From Octopus sinensis (lineage: Eukaryota): a DNA stretch of 64,000 nucleotides. Position 1 is the first letter of the stretch, and every line of letters starts with the position of its first letter. Shown here one piece after another: positions 12,417 through 26,217 of this stretch. Location: contig NC_043002.1 in NCBI RefSeq assembly GCF_006345805.1, positions 82,026,001 to 82,090,000 on the forward strand. Reading direction: 5' to 3'. Below the pieces are notes generated by a model that saw nothing but the letters and a program-made list of their open reading frames with translations, was not told where the DNA came from and ran no database searches. Made by a program: the position numbers and the translations under genes.

Positions 12417-14576
12417 GTTTTGTTATGTTTAGTTCTTTGACGATTTTATCTTCCATTAGAAATATGATTATTTGAAATAGATCTTTGGAGGAATTAGGAA
12501 AGTTGTAGTCTTAATTTTACTTTAATTATTAATTTATTTATCCCCTCCCCACACACACACACAAAAAGTTGTCTCATATGGAATTCATGCTCATATACAT
12601 GGTAGTTCAAATAATGCCCCCTCCCCCCAGTCTTAACATGTTCAATGTGGGTGTGTGTATTATATATTATGTAATATATAGAATATACAGAATAGGTGAA
12701 ATTGAAATATATTACAGTTTCATCTAGAACAGATTACTGCATTAGACATGTACGTGTGTGTGTGTGTACATACACACACATGTATATATGTCTCTGTGTA
12801 AATGTCATATATGCAAAATATATAATACACAAACATATTCTCTACAGCATCATTTGAAATATAATCGAATAGGTCAGAGTATTTTCTTTTTCTTCCCATT
12901 TTCTTTTCTCTTCCCATCTCCAAAGCAAAGGAGTTGAGTCATGTATTATTTCTAGTTGTTTTCAGTTTGATCTGGAATATGTTTCATCAATTAATCAATT
13001 TGTTGAGGAGAGAAGTATGTGGTACTCGTGTTTACACATGCCCATTACGGTTACGGCTTTCAATAGCCGTCTCCTGAAAAGAGTTAAATGCAAAGCTATT
13101 TTCACTGTTATTTTTGGGTAGGTCTACTTTTAAAAATAAATAAATAAAACGCAAGGAGTGGGGGAAAAAAAAGAACAGAAAAGAAAGAAGACCAATAAGA
13201 AAAAAGGGTTTTAAAAAAATAAAACATGTGGAAGAAACATTTCCTTTCTAAAATTGGAAGGAATACATTGATTTGCTTATTGCTAATGTTTGGTTGATGG
13301 TGTCTGATGTAAACTTTAGAAGCTTCTATATAATACTTTACTGTACCTTTCTTCTTTCTTTCTTTCTTTTTTCTTATTTAACAAGAAGGAGAAAATACTT
13401 TCCTAGATTGTAACCAGTGTTTTTTTAATTTTATTTTATTATTTTTGTTTTTTTCAAATGTTATTGCTTTGGATAAAATCTTACTCAGAAATATGTTTAT
13501 CTAATTTAGAAAATGGTTTCTAAAAGGACCATTTTAAAGTGCCCTCCCCCACTCTTATTATTATACTTGTGTCATTAGTAAGCTTGTTTCTCCATCCATT
13601 CATCTAGATGTATATCTCTTTTTTTTCTCTCTGCTACGTCTCACCTTTCATGCATAGTACCTCATCAGAATTTTCTAAAAGAGTGGTTATTTTGGTGGAG
13701 ATTTTACACAAAATGCTAAAAACACCACTTTTTCTCATTTTTAACCATCTCTTCCAATCTTTACCACGTCTTACCTTCCAAGATATGAAGCTCAATTTTT
13801 CAGTATTATTCTTTAAGGAGCTATATTCTAAATCAAATACATTTTCACTCACATTTCTGCACCACCACCTCATTTCTTCTTAACACTAATTTAATGACAT
13901 TTTTTTTTTTTCCCCTTCTCTTGCAATTTGTTTAACATGAACAGGTTAATTTGAAGAGGTAGTTGGCTCTGGTTAAGTTTCATCTTCTAATTTTAAAAAT
14001 ATATAACAGGAATTTCAATGTAAACAGTAGGTCTTTGCGGTTAATTATTTCACCTTCTGGTCATTTCTATTTTGACAAATTCTATTTCTTTACCTATGGT
14101 GTGTGTGCGTGTGTGTGTGTGATTCCCCTCTGTGTTCGTGTTTGCTATTCATCCACACCTGGTTTTCTTTAATGCCTTCTGTCTACAGAATGTGAAATCC
14201 TGTCAAAATCCCTTCGCTAGTTAATCAAATGCAATGTAAATTTAGAAAATTATTATTATCTTTTTTTAGAGAATTTTTTTTTTATTAGTGGAGTTGGATC
14301 TAATGGGCCAGTATTTGGTGGCTCACTGGTATGTTAGTTCTTTCCAGTTTTCTCATTAAAGGAAATAACATAACATCTTTCTTGGTGGTGACTAGGCCAT
14401 GTTTTTAAGAGGTTTGCCCCAGAACTACATGATTTATACTTTCTTCCACTTCATGGACACTATTGGCTGGTGTCTTCTGCAATAGAAGCTGGTTAATTAA
14501 TGTCTTCAATGAAATTTGATAGCCAAAAACAAACAAAAAAAACTGTAAGAAATTTTGTGTGTGTGTGTGTGATGTA

Positions 14577-15836
14577 TTGGGTCATTCCATAAATAATGTG
14601 ATTTTTTAATACTTCTTTTGTTTTTAAAAATTAAAATAAACAAAGTTCCATTTTAATCTAAAATATACTCTCCTTCATTTTCTACAATGCTATTCCATCT
14701 ATCTGGTAGACTTGCAAGATGCCTCTTCCAAAATTCACTTGTCTGTGACGAAAAATACTCCTACAGTTCTGTTCTGACCCTGTCTACAGAATTCATATTT
14801 TTTCCATACAAATAGTTTTGAAGACTGCAGAATAAATGATAATCAGATGGAGTAATGTCCGGTGAATATGGTGGGTGGAGCATCGATTCTTATTCAAACT
14901 GCTCCAGCCTTTGAAATATCATCCTCATTGTCATCCATCACATTATCCTGATGGAAGAACACCTTTCATCTTCAAACCAAAGATGGTCGTTTTTCTTTTA
15001 GCACTGACTTAAGCTGCTTAGGCTGCTCACAGTAGATCTCCTTTGTTATTGTTTGATTTGGGTTTAAAAGTTCAAAGTGGACTAAATCTTTCGTATCCCA
15101 TTAAACAGATAACAACACCTTACATGGGTGAAGACCTTCTTTAGCCTGAGGTGCTGGTGTTTCTCCTTTCGCTACCATTTGTCTTCAGCACTTAACATTT
15201 TTATAGAGAACGCATTTCTCATCACCAGTCACTATTCAATCCCCAAAAAGTTCATTCGTAAGATGTGACAGCACACATTCACTCTCTGCATGTGATTAGA
15301 CTCAGAAAGTTTGTGAGGAAACCATTGATCCAATTTGCTGACTTTTCCGATGGCATGCAGGTGTCGATGAATAGTTGAATCCAAGCTTCTCTGCTGGTTC
15401 CTCAACAGTTACAATAGGATTTTGTTCCACCAAGGTTTGCAGAGTGTCCTTGTTGAGCTTTTCAGATTTTCCAGGACAAGGCTTGTCTTCTAGGATGTAG
15501 TTTCCAGCTCAGAATTTCTGGAACCACCATTGACACTGGTTTACGCTTATTGTCTGCCCCCCATATACTGCATTAATATTTCTTGCACTTTCCATTATGT
15601 TGTTGCCTTTATTGAACTCATAAAGCAAAATATGCCAAATATGCTCCTTTGTCACTTCTATTATAGCTTTGAAAAAATAAGTTAAAATCGAGCTGCACTC
15701 ATCAAAACTTGCACCAGGAATAAGGACAATGTAAAATTACTACCTACTTTTATAGCAAGTTGATGCAGGTAGTTTATCCCATCCTTCTCCGACTTCATGA
15801 AATTGAAAAACCAGCATTATCTATGGGATGACCCAA
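14577..15836 (-). mobile_element. Full-length (1260 bp) decayed mariner (DD34D) DNA transposon
   Basis: TIRs ttgggtcattccataaataatg (14577) and cattatctatgggatgacccaa (ends 15836). TA target duplications at 14575-76 and 15837-38. Minus-strand transposase motifs present. Confidence 0.95.
14640..15661 (-). pseudogene. Mariner transposase pseudogene
   Basis: Minus-strand peptides EHIWHILLYEFNKG, WFQKF*AGN..LED, KLDQWFPHKL (WVPHEL motif), TGDEK, FHQDN, HPPYSPDITPSDYHL and LPDRW. Start codon decayed to ATA; internal stops and frameshifts. Confidence 0.9.
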
Positions 15837-15884
15837 TATAAGCTTTATATACTCTATTTCATTTCATTACGCTTAATTTACTTC

Positions 15885-16270
15885 AATCATCGTCATCATC
15901 TCCAGGCTGGCATAGATTGGACAGTTTCCATAGGAGCTGACCAACTGAAGGGCTGTTTAGACTTCATGTCTGTTTTGGCATGGTTTTTACAGCTGGATGC
16001 CCTTCCTAATGCCAACCACTTTACAGAGTGTACTGGGTGCTTTTATGCAGTACTGGCATGGGTGCTTTTTACATAGCATCAGCACCTACAAGCCCACAAG
16101 ATTAGGGATGCTCAGCTGGAGAGGGTTGCAAGGGACAAGCTTGCTTGCAAGGGAAACTACGCTTTTACTTTAGGTTGTCGTGTTTTTTCAAGCACTGCAA
16201 ACCGCCAGGAGTCTCGGTCATCTCCTCTGTGAGTTCCAATGTCTGTAGATCCTTTCTCACCACTTCGTGT
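15885..16270 (-). mobile_element. Family C retroposon (ggttggcgttaggaagggcatccagctgta domain, (GAT)n tail)
   Basis: tacagctggatgcccttcctaatgccaaccac motif shared with the copies at 29655 and 62530. Confidence 0.7.
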
Positions 16271-16653
16271 CCATCACTATAGAAAAATATCTAACTTCAA
16301 ATTGAAACTAATTTAAATTTTGCCCTGCTCAGCTTTGCTTATGACCTCTTCAGTAATCATATATTACACACACACACCTTTGTTGATAGTGGTGAATTCT
16401 TTGCATATATCACTCTTGTATTTCTCCACCTGATATGGACTCAACATTTCCAATTAGTATTATCCATTCTTAAATACCACTTTTGTTTATAACATATTTT
16501 CAAATTTGGATTCGTCATCATTGCGTTGGTACTTTTGATACCAGCCAAGTAAGGTGAAGTTTTACAATCTCTGCTGCATCTCTCCTCATCTAAACAAGTG
16601 AGGCATAAGGAATAGAGAAAGAGAAGGCAAAGAGAACACATGATTTTTTTGTG

Positions 16654-16690
<37 letters not shown>

Positions 16691-16968
16691 TTCTTCTTTT
16701 GTGTGTGTATGTATTCTTAGAATACTTTTCCATGACTTTCTACCAAAGCAAAGTGGATGGTATGAAAGAAAATGATTGCTTGTTGATATATTAAAATTGA
16801 CATTAAACAAGTCGTTATCTAAACTGGACACTGAAACCATAATTACTGTCAACAAATAAAGGCAGTTTGATCTCTCTTTGCTTTTCTTTCTTCATTCATT
16901 AGCTGCAATTTGATTATACAGTCACACAATCTGATACGCAGATACATTTACACTTATACAGAAATATT

Positions 16969-17003
<35 letters not shown>

Positions 17004-17553
17004 CCATGCACACACATAGACACTTGTAATCTTATTTGGCATTCAACTCATGCCACATCCCTGCCTCTTACTAGTATTTCTCTTGCTATGACATTTCTAC
17101 CATCATTCCTTAACTATCACTACCACCACCACCCCTTGGGTCTGGTCATCAACCACTGCCACTGTCACCTTCACTATCACCTGTTACTATCACTATTACA
17201 AACCAAATGCGATCGTTGTATGGCTGCATATCTTCCTAGAAATAGCAGTCAAATCTTCTTCTTTAACACACCTTACCAACTTAAAACAAAACAAGAAAAT
17301 GAAGAATTTGTTGATCAGTAATATATTCCTAGATTCGCCATGATTGGTGAGGTTGGAGATGGAAGGTGGCATGACTGCGATGCTTTTGATCATAGGGTCT
17401 TACTCAATCAGGTCTGACTTGGGGCTAAGCACTATCAAGAACCACCCCTTCAAATATTTTGATACCCTTTTGCTTTCTACCACTATTTTAGTGATATCTT
17501 ATCATCGTTCACTACCACATTCTAGTATCACCTCCACCACTGTCATTGCCGCC

Positions 17554-17587
<34 letters not shown>

Positions 17588-17690
17588 TCATATCAACCAA
17601 TACCGTTCCTAAATTTATTTTCACATTGCATTTATGTGAGATTGTTTTAATTCTTTTTCATTGTTTGATGCCAGAAGCCCCCCCCCCACA

Positions 17691-17738
<48 letters not shown>

Positions 17739-17963
17739 CTCTCTACACTGCAGCACAAGCAGATGCACACATGAAGATGCATAATACATACATGTATTTA
17801 GAAATACACTCTAGGCAATGCACCCTCGCACACATGCTCATATATTACTCGTATATGTACATACATACACGTACTATTTGCACATGTATGTGTGTATGTA
17901 TATATATAAACTGCACAAATATACCCCATACATATATCTATACATGAAACACTCATACACAAT

Positions 17964-17965
17964 AA

Positions 17966-18035
<70 letters not shown>

Positions 18036-18058
18036 CACATATATATACACACACACAC
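17964..18058. repeat. (TA)n/(CA)n microsatellite, representative of dozens of dinucleotide tracts (e.g. 314-355, 1615-1663, 20845-20906, 21498-21554, 56590-56706)
   Basis: Directly visible. Confidence 0.95.
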
Positions 18059-18335
18059 TTGCAGACATTAATTTTATATTTTTCCAAATCTAAATGCTTT
18101 TGGAAGTATTTTCATTTTGCTTTTTTCTCTTTCCATCTTTAATTTCTATCTTGCATAAATTAATGTTCTATATGACTGTGCAACAGCATTGAAGAATTTC
18201 ACTGATTGTAGGGAATCTTTTGCATTTTGGTTCTACTTTTTGTTCTGATATTTTAGTGTTTTTTTCTTTTAGCATTTTTAAATATTACATTGTATTATTT
18301 TATTTATTAACACACACACACACAAACACACACAC

Positions 18336-18366
<31 letters not shown>

Positions 18367-18734
18367 CATACGTACATATATATATGTACACATTATTTTA
18401 CTTAGTTTTTTTATTTTTATTTTTTGCTTTATATTTTATTCTTCTTCCTCTTCTCTCTTGTCTCTTCTTCCTCTAGTTGTAATTTCCCCTGTGGAAAAGA
18501 TGGTAATAGCTCTATGAAAGCCATATGCAATTTTTGGAGCCTGAAAGATAGTATAAGCCATTAAGACTGCTAGGGTTATATTCATAGTTCAATATATGAG
18601 GATGTCTTCGCGTAGGGATAAGATCCTTTCACTATCTGCTATTATGCTAGAGTAATAAACTTTTTCATGACATTGAAAGATTTGTCCTGGATTTCTTTCG
18701 TTCTTTTCCATTTTTTTTTTCTTTTTTGTTTTGC

Positions 18735-18757
18735 CTTTATTATTATTATTATTATTA

Positions 18758-18802
<45 letters not shown>

Positions 18803-18888
18803 CATTATTATTGAGTGTAGGAAGGAAGGAAAAAATACAGAAATTTGTGGGTGGATGTTATGTTAGTCTCTACATTTAAAAAAAAAAC

Positions 18889-18950
<62 letters not shown>

Positions 18951-18982
18951 CATTATTATTATTACTATTATTATTATTATTC
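18735..18982. repeat. Two long (TTA)n microsatellites
   Basis: Directly visible at 18735-18811 and 18889-18982. Confidence 0.95.
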
Positions 18983-19564
18983 TATTCCTTTATATTGATA
19001 TTTTCAGCTTTTGTTGCCATGGTATTTTGGGAAGGGAGTAATTTTTTTGTATTTGTTTTTTTTTTAGTTTTGCATATTATTATTTTTTAAATATTTTTTT
19101 TTATTATTATGAGATTTTTATTTATTTATTTATTTATTTATTTATTTTAAGGTTCATTTTGTCATATGCATGAAATTTTTGCCTGGTGTTTTTGTGGCTG
19201 CTGCTTCTTCTTATTATTTTTTTTTTTTAGCCTTTCTTTGCACCTCTTTCCTCTTCGTTATTTTTTTTCTTTCTTTTTTTTCTTCCAAGTGTTGGTTGCA
19301 CAGCCTATGTCCTGTTATTTTTTTTTATCGTTGTTGTTGTTGTTGTTATTTATTTATTTATTTATTTCAGTATTTATTTTTTTTTTATCATTTATTTTTC
19401 AATCTCTTTTCTCAATGCTTCCCTTCTCCATGCTCTGTGTATTCCCAACACATACAATCAGTTTTCCATTCTATCTTTAATGCCATGTCCTCTTTTTCCA
19501 CTCTTGGCTCATTTCCTACTCCCCTTCCCCGTCCCCCCTCGATCCCTCTCTCTCTCTCCTCGCT

Positions 19565-19624
19565 ATCTCCATCACAATAATCACCACCACCACTGTCACT
19601 GCCACCGCTATCACCTTTATCGAC

Positions 19625-19656
<32 letters not shown>

Positions 19657-20060
19657 CACCATCATCATCATCATCTTTACCCCAACACTAGCCATATAAC
19701 CCCAGCCACTTGCTAGCTGTCTCCCTCCCACCATCCTTTTTCAACCTCACTGTTAGTGTTGCTGCTGCTATTTTCTTTCTCCTCATCTCTTCTTTTGCTG
19801 CTGCTGCTGCTACTGCTGCAGCTAATGCTGTTGCTGCTGCTTATGCTGCTGCTGCTGCAATCTCAACTCTGACTCATGAAATGATACAATCTGATTGATT
19901 GGTGTACATGTTTATTTCCATTTTAATTCCTGTCATTTTGACACTGCTTTATCAGCTCAGCTTTAGTTGGCTATCAGCTGCCCTGCCCTCCCTCCTTCCT
20001 TCTCCCACCCTCCCTCCATCCCTTCATCCATCCCTCCATCCATCCATCCATCCATCTCTT
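19565..20060. repeat. Compound simple-repeat block (CAT/CAC)n, (GCT)n, (CCAT)n
   Basis: Directly visible. It produces the spurious poly-His, poly-Ala and poly-Pro ORFs. Confidence 0.9.
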
Positions 20061-20841
20061 CTCCCTGTTCCTGTTCCATCTCAAAAGACTTCTATTGAAG
20101 AAGGAAGAAGTTCAAGATTAGGTTAGTGTGTGTGTGTGTGTGTTTACGTGTGCCTGTGTGTATGTGTTTGTGCATGCTTATGTGTATGTGTCTATGCATG
20201 TGTGTGTGTGTGCTTGAGTAAAAGACAGTTCTTTCAAGAGGGGGGGGTGTCGGTAGGAAGAAAAGTGAGAAGCGAGTTGGGAAGAACTACTTTAAAAACA
20301 GAAGAAGAAAAAAATGTTGCTTAAAAAAAAATATGGGAGGTAAAAAAATCCCAACAATGTCTTCTAATTCTTGCATTAAATAGATTCTGTATTTGTGATT
20401 TGATATTAGCATCCCTAGCCAGACAGACAGGCAGTAGAGGTGCTAGAGATATTATAGCTGAAGCGGATCGAAGTAGCCTTGTGTGCAAGATAGCTGACAA
20501 AGAACCCAACCAACTGAAGGCATCAGATATCACCCAACATCACTGGCTACAAAACCCACCTCTAGTATAAATCTTGATTATGTCTGTGACTTCAAAAACA
20601 CACACACACACACCGGCTTTGGAACCAAAACATTTGGTTGGCCGGTTGGTTGTTTGGCTGGTTGGCTGGCGATGGTGTCTAACATTACACCACCAACAAA
20701 ATCATATTACAATTTGTGGTTAAATTTATAATGGGAACTCACTGAAAACATGGGGTGCAGTGTGGGAATAAATTGAAGTGAATGTGTCTAAGATGATGTC
20801 AACATATCGATCTCCCTCCCCCCTTTCATACATTGGAACTA

Positions 20842-20909
<68 letters not shown>

Positions 20910-21006
20910 ATTATAATAATTTCTTAAGTAATCAGAAGATGTATTTGATATTAAACTTCATTTTGTACAACGGTTGTTTTGACCCATCCTGCTAATTTCG
21001 TCCAAA

Positions 21007-21045
<39 letters not shown>

Positions 21046-21224
21046 TCTATTGTTAATCATCCCACCTATTTTCCTTTGGATCATATAGCATTTGTGTGTG
21101 TGTGTTTGTTTCCCATCATAAGAAAATAATAAAAATATGACATGGCTGTAGAGACACTTTTATATTCCCAGAAACAGACTCAGAGTCCACAATGATTCTA
21201 CAGTTTTGAGGGGAAAGCTTCAAC

Positions 21225-21281
<57 letters not shown>

Positions 21282-21496
21282 TACAGAAGAGAACCTCAAT
21301 AGAAGCTTACTTTTTCCCCAAGCATTTTTAATTCGCTGAGTCCTTTCCTTTCACTCACACATTGCTGTCTTTTCAACAACTAACTTTGTCTCTTTAGCTA
21401 GCTGAAAAACTTTAACTTCTCTGTTGAAAATAGCAAAGTGAGAGCAATTACATTCAATTTTTTTGTGTGTGTGTGTGTGTGTAGGGGGAGAACCTG

Positions 21497-21555
<59 letters not shown>

Positions 21556-22276
21556 GCAAACATGCAAATGCACATATTTTGGCGTTATTTTATATTCTAG
21601 TTAAACAAATGAAAAGAAAAAGATGCAATTATTCTTTTAAACTCTGGTGTAATAAGTGTATCTAGTGGGTGGTGGGGAGTTGGGGGGGTGTTACTTCTTT
21701 TTTTCTCTCTCTCTCTCTCTCTCTTTCCTTTCTGCTTTTGTCTGTTTTTATCTGTTTTTATAGAAACTGTCAACTCTGATCCTATAAAATAATAAAAATG
21801 TAGGTTGTTTATGTGCATCAGCTTGCATGTATGCACATTCATATATGCATTAGTGTGGTATTTTCTGTAATTCCGAGTTAGATAAACTGTTGTGTGTTCT
21901 CTAATGATTAATCCAGCTAGTTCGTGAGACGGTGTTTTAGTTATTGTTGTTTGTTTGTTTTTGTTTTGTTTTTTTTTTTTGTTCTTGTTTTTATTTTATA
22001 TAAGATTTTGTTGTTGTTGTTGTTGTTGTTGTTGTAGCTCTTGTTGTTGTTGTTGTTGCTGTTATTACTGTTAATTCCACTTGACATAGCAGAAACTGTT
22101 AAATTGCTGGATTAGCAAGTATTGCTGCACCAATACATTTCTTTCTTTCACCTGCTGCGATAACTTGCAGAATTAAGATAACATTCAAAACTTCTTTTAA
22201 ATATTTTTTAATTTATTTATTTATTTTTATGTTTTTATACTTAGATTTATATTTCCTTTTCATTATTTTCCATATT

Positions 22277-22309
<33 letters not shown>

Positions 22310-23309
22310 GTTATTATTATTATTACTATTATTATTATTATCTCTCTTTCCCCCTCCTCTCACTCTCTCTCTCTCTCTCTCTCCATCTCTCTCTTTCTCT
22401 CTAGCTAGCTATCTATTTCGTTAAACAAAACAGTGTGTTTGAAAGGAGTAAAATTGGATTAAAGAAAACTTTTCTATGACTTCTGTAATGACAACCCGAG
22501 AGGTGTTGTCTTTATGTATATATTATCTCTCTTGCTTGGTTCTGTTTATTACTTGGCAGCTGAACCTTACAATTGCTGTCTAATGAATATAAACTTTACA
22601 CATTCTTATACATTTTAGTCTCTTTTCATTTTTATTCCTGCTCAGGAATCACAGATTATTTTTCCTAATTTTTCAAAAATTCTAAGTACTAGATATTGGT
22701 TTTATCCATTCCATTTTATCTGTTTCAGGTAGTTGTAGCTTTTTCTTCTTTTTTTATTTTTATTATCTAGTTATTCATTTTTGCAAAAAGAGTGTATGTG
22801 TGTGTGTGTGTGTGAGGGGCTGTAAATAGTTTTTTTTTTTCTTCTTTTATTATTTGTTATTCTGTTTTGTTCTTTCCTCTCGAATTTAAATTACACAGGA
22901 ATTTGTTTTAATCAAGAAAACTCACTTGTTTTGTGACACAACAACAACAATAACAAATACAACAATGGAGAATGTTATTTTTTTTTTATTAATGTTTATT
23001 TTTCTCGTTAGTTTCGCTGATTATATAATTCTAGCTTATGATATATGACATAATAGTTCCAAACTAAGGTTGATAACATAGGTGGGTGATTATTTTGGTA
23101 AAAAGTATTGAACAGCATATTATGATGCTATTAATATTATTCCCGTTCAAAGTTTACGCAAGAAACTTAGGTAAAGTCAGTAAAACAGGACATAAGTATT
23201 CCAATGGCAGGCCCTTAAAGGGGACCTGCCACTCCTTCCTAAAATGAAAACTAATGAAGTGGTGGCATTGCTGGTGGCAGTGGAATTTGTTTCTCAGGTG
23301 CAAAGCCAG

Positions 23310-23680
23310 AAATTTATGGGTAAGAGAATGATTGATTAAATCAACACCAGTACATAGCTGGTACTTCATTTCTATCTGCTGAACTCAGAAGAATGAAAGG
23401 CAAAGTTAGCTTCAGATGGATTTGAACTTGGAAAGTAAAGATCTGGAGCAAATACTGTATAGCATTTTGTCCAATGTTCTACTGCTTCAACTAGTCTGCT
23501 ACCCTCAATCCCAACCATAGAAAGTTGTTGTTATTATGGCACTTCTTAAGGTGGCAAGCTGGCAGAGTTGTTACCACACCGGGCAAAATACTTAACAGTA
23601 CTTTACCTGTCTTTTTCATTCTGAGTTCAGATTCTGCCAAGGCTGACTTTGCCTTTCATCCTTTCAAGTACTTAATAAAT
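23310..23680. mobile_element. Two old SINE family B copies, head-to-head (- at ~23310-23500, + at ~23545-23680)
   Basis: gaatgaaaggcaaagtt (reverse-complement central domain) and gcaagctggcagag..gactttgcctttcatcc. Confidence 0.65.
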
Positions 23681-26090
23681 TAAACTCCATGTGACCCCCT
23701 TGATAAGCTGACATATGATCCTTATCAAAGGCTTTCCAATTATGATCATCCTGTCTTTATTGAGACAATAGAATTAGATTTGAGACAGATTTGGTTGTTA
23801 TTTCTAATGAACTGAAACATCACATTGAGGATCCCCTGTGAGCATAGCCATCTGTTGTTGCTTAATACTGGTGTTAATTAAACTGATTTACAGCCTGCCT
23901 CAGTCAAGATGTGTGGCCTTATGCCAGTGTTACAAATCAGTATTTTGACACATTGAAGTGCTATACATTTGAGATAAATTCTGTGAAAGAACCGTTCTGC
24001 TGTGTCATTAATGTTTTTGAGCCACTGAGGAACCTCTACATGGTAACTGGAACTACAAGAAATGGTAGCAAAATTTCCCTTGAATCACACCCTGCCATCT
24101 TAAGAAGGACTTTGGACGATGTAAGCTTTAGAAGCATTGTTTAGGAGATAAAAAAATGGTATAGTCATGTATGGAATGTTATTAATGATAGAACTGTTTG
24201 AGTAAGGCTTGCCTGGAGCCCCTTCATTATCACATGGAAGGATTGGTGTAGCTATGATGTGGATACTCCAGTTTTGCTCCTTCGTGTAGCTGATGCAGAG
24301 GGTGGTGGGGTGGGGCAAGAAATCTACATCAGTACTTCACTGGTACCTGGGATTAATCAACAGCCAATACTAATTTCATATCTAAGGTAAGGAGCTGGTC
24401 AAACTGAATCCTTGCTGGGCAAAATGCTTAGTGGCACTTCTGATGACTTTATGTTGAGTTCTAACACCAATCATCCTTTTGGGAGTCAATATAAATGGTG
24501 CAAGTTGAGCACTGGGGCCAATGTAATCAATATACCCTTCTCACGCGAAATTGCTGGCCTTATGCCAAAATTTGAAACTAGTATTAATTTAATATCTTAG
24601 ATTATGTATAAAAGAAGAAGGCTGCTCCATGTGTGTTGTGTGTGTGTGTGCATGTCCCATTTTCTCTAATTAAAGCTACCCTTTTTAAATACAGAAGAAA
24701 AAAAAAACTAATAAGACCCCATTGTGCTTCAACCTTAAAATTGGGGCTCTTAGAAGTTAATCCTTGTCCCTTACCTGACAGTTGTGGAATTTTCCCTCCC
24801 TCCACTTTCTGAATGTTATTTATGTTAACTGTACCAATTGTCTATCATACATACAAGGCTGAGACAACTAGTTAAATAGCACACCTGTCTAACTCAGCTA
24901 ACAATAGCTGTTGTCACTGGATATGGGACCTAATGAAATAACTAGCAGTTTAAGTACTCACCTTAACCTAAGAGCAAGGGGGGGAGAGGCCCCTGGATGC
25001 TATGCCTTCTTTATGAACAAGGTCATCTACAATTTCTTTGAGTTCATCCAGTGCAGTCGAAAGTTTCACATATCTGGTAGATATTCTGTTAAGGAGAAAA
25101 AGACCAAAAGACCCAGCTGTCAGGAAGGCAAACTGATAATGTAGAAGCTGCATCTCTTTAAATCTGCACTAAAACTAGATCAGTTACATGATGTGAATAT
25201 ATAATAGGGTTTGTTGGTAGAACTTGGTGCTGTCTCTGTCTGTACCTTGTCTCTCTCTCTCTCTCTCCCTCTCTCTTTCCACACACACACACACACATTG
25301 ATTCTTTCCAATTTATAACTTGCAGCTGCATTAACAATGAATGGAACAGACTGAATCTACCAGTAGGTGTCTCCCCCAGTCTTCTCACTACTGTTATCCT
25401 CTGCGTCTTGCATCAATACCTGTTCTCTTCCTGTTGTTTGCAGGTGGATAATAGGCTGTTTAACATGGAGGAACTTAATGAGTGCTTGCTAATCACTATT
25501 TTTAGATGATATTGTATGTATGTAGAGAAAGATAGATAATGACCAATGAAATAAATCCATTTATACATATGTATATCATTGCTTATTGTGCTTTGGAAAG
25601 AATTCAGCAAAATTTAGTCAATAAATTTCATAACCTTTGTTTTTATGTAAACTCAGTCATTAATTTTACAAGTTAATTACACCTTCTATTCAATTGTGCT
25701 GAGACAGAGCAGTGGGGATGGGTTGTAAAGAGAGGAGGTGTATGTCTGTCTGACGGGTTTTGTGTAAAAGTTTGCGCTATTTGTTTCACTGTAAATTTTA
25801 ATTTAGTTAATTATAACTATACAATTATCTAATAGGAATTTGCTTGTGCATTAATTACTCATACATTATGTAATTCGCATTCATCAATTCTTCTCTTTTG
25901 TAGTGTGATGAGAGGTTGAATAACGCAAATCTTAAGCAATAGAAATCATAGCTATTGAGTTTCACTTCTTCCACTAATATTTTGCTCTGAACTTTGGTCA
26001 AGCCACATTCACCTAACTTTTGCAGGAGAGTGTCTGTTTAGTGGACAAGGTATTTTTAAAAAATTACATTGTAACGACAGGGTCAGTATT

Positions 26091-26217
26091 AAATACCTTG
26101 AAGTGATATTTATCCCCACTTCAGTGTGGATGTTCTGTTTAAACAAACTATATCTGCTGCAGTTTAGTTTGCTCTAACCAACATTCAAGTGGGGATAAAT
26201 ATTACCTCAAGGTATTT
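26091..26217. repeat. Inverted repeat / fold-back with ~38-bp arms
   Basis: aaataccttgaagtgatatttatccccacttcagtgt pairs with acattcaagtggggataaatattacctcaaggtattt. Inner stem caaacta/tagtttg. Confidence 0.9.

Noticed and set aside
19480-19898. Poly-His and poly-Ala ORFs resembling transcription-factor low-complexity tracts
   Set aside because: They derive from (CAT)n and (GCT)n microsatellites in a pyrimidine-rich block, with no flanking domain or convincing exon boundaries.
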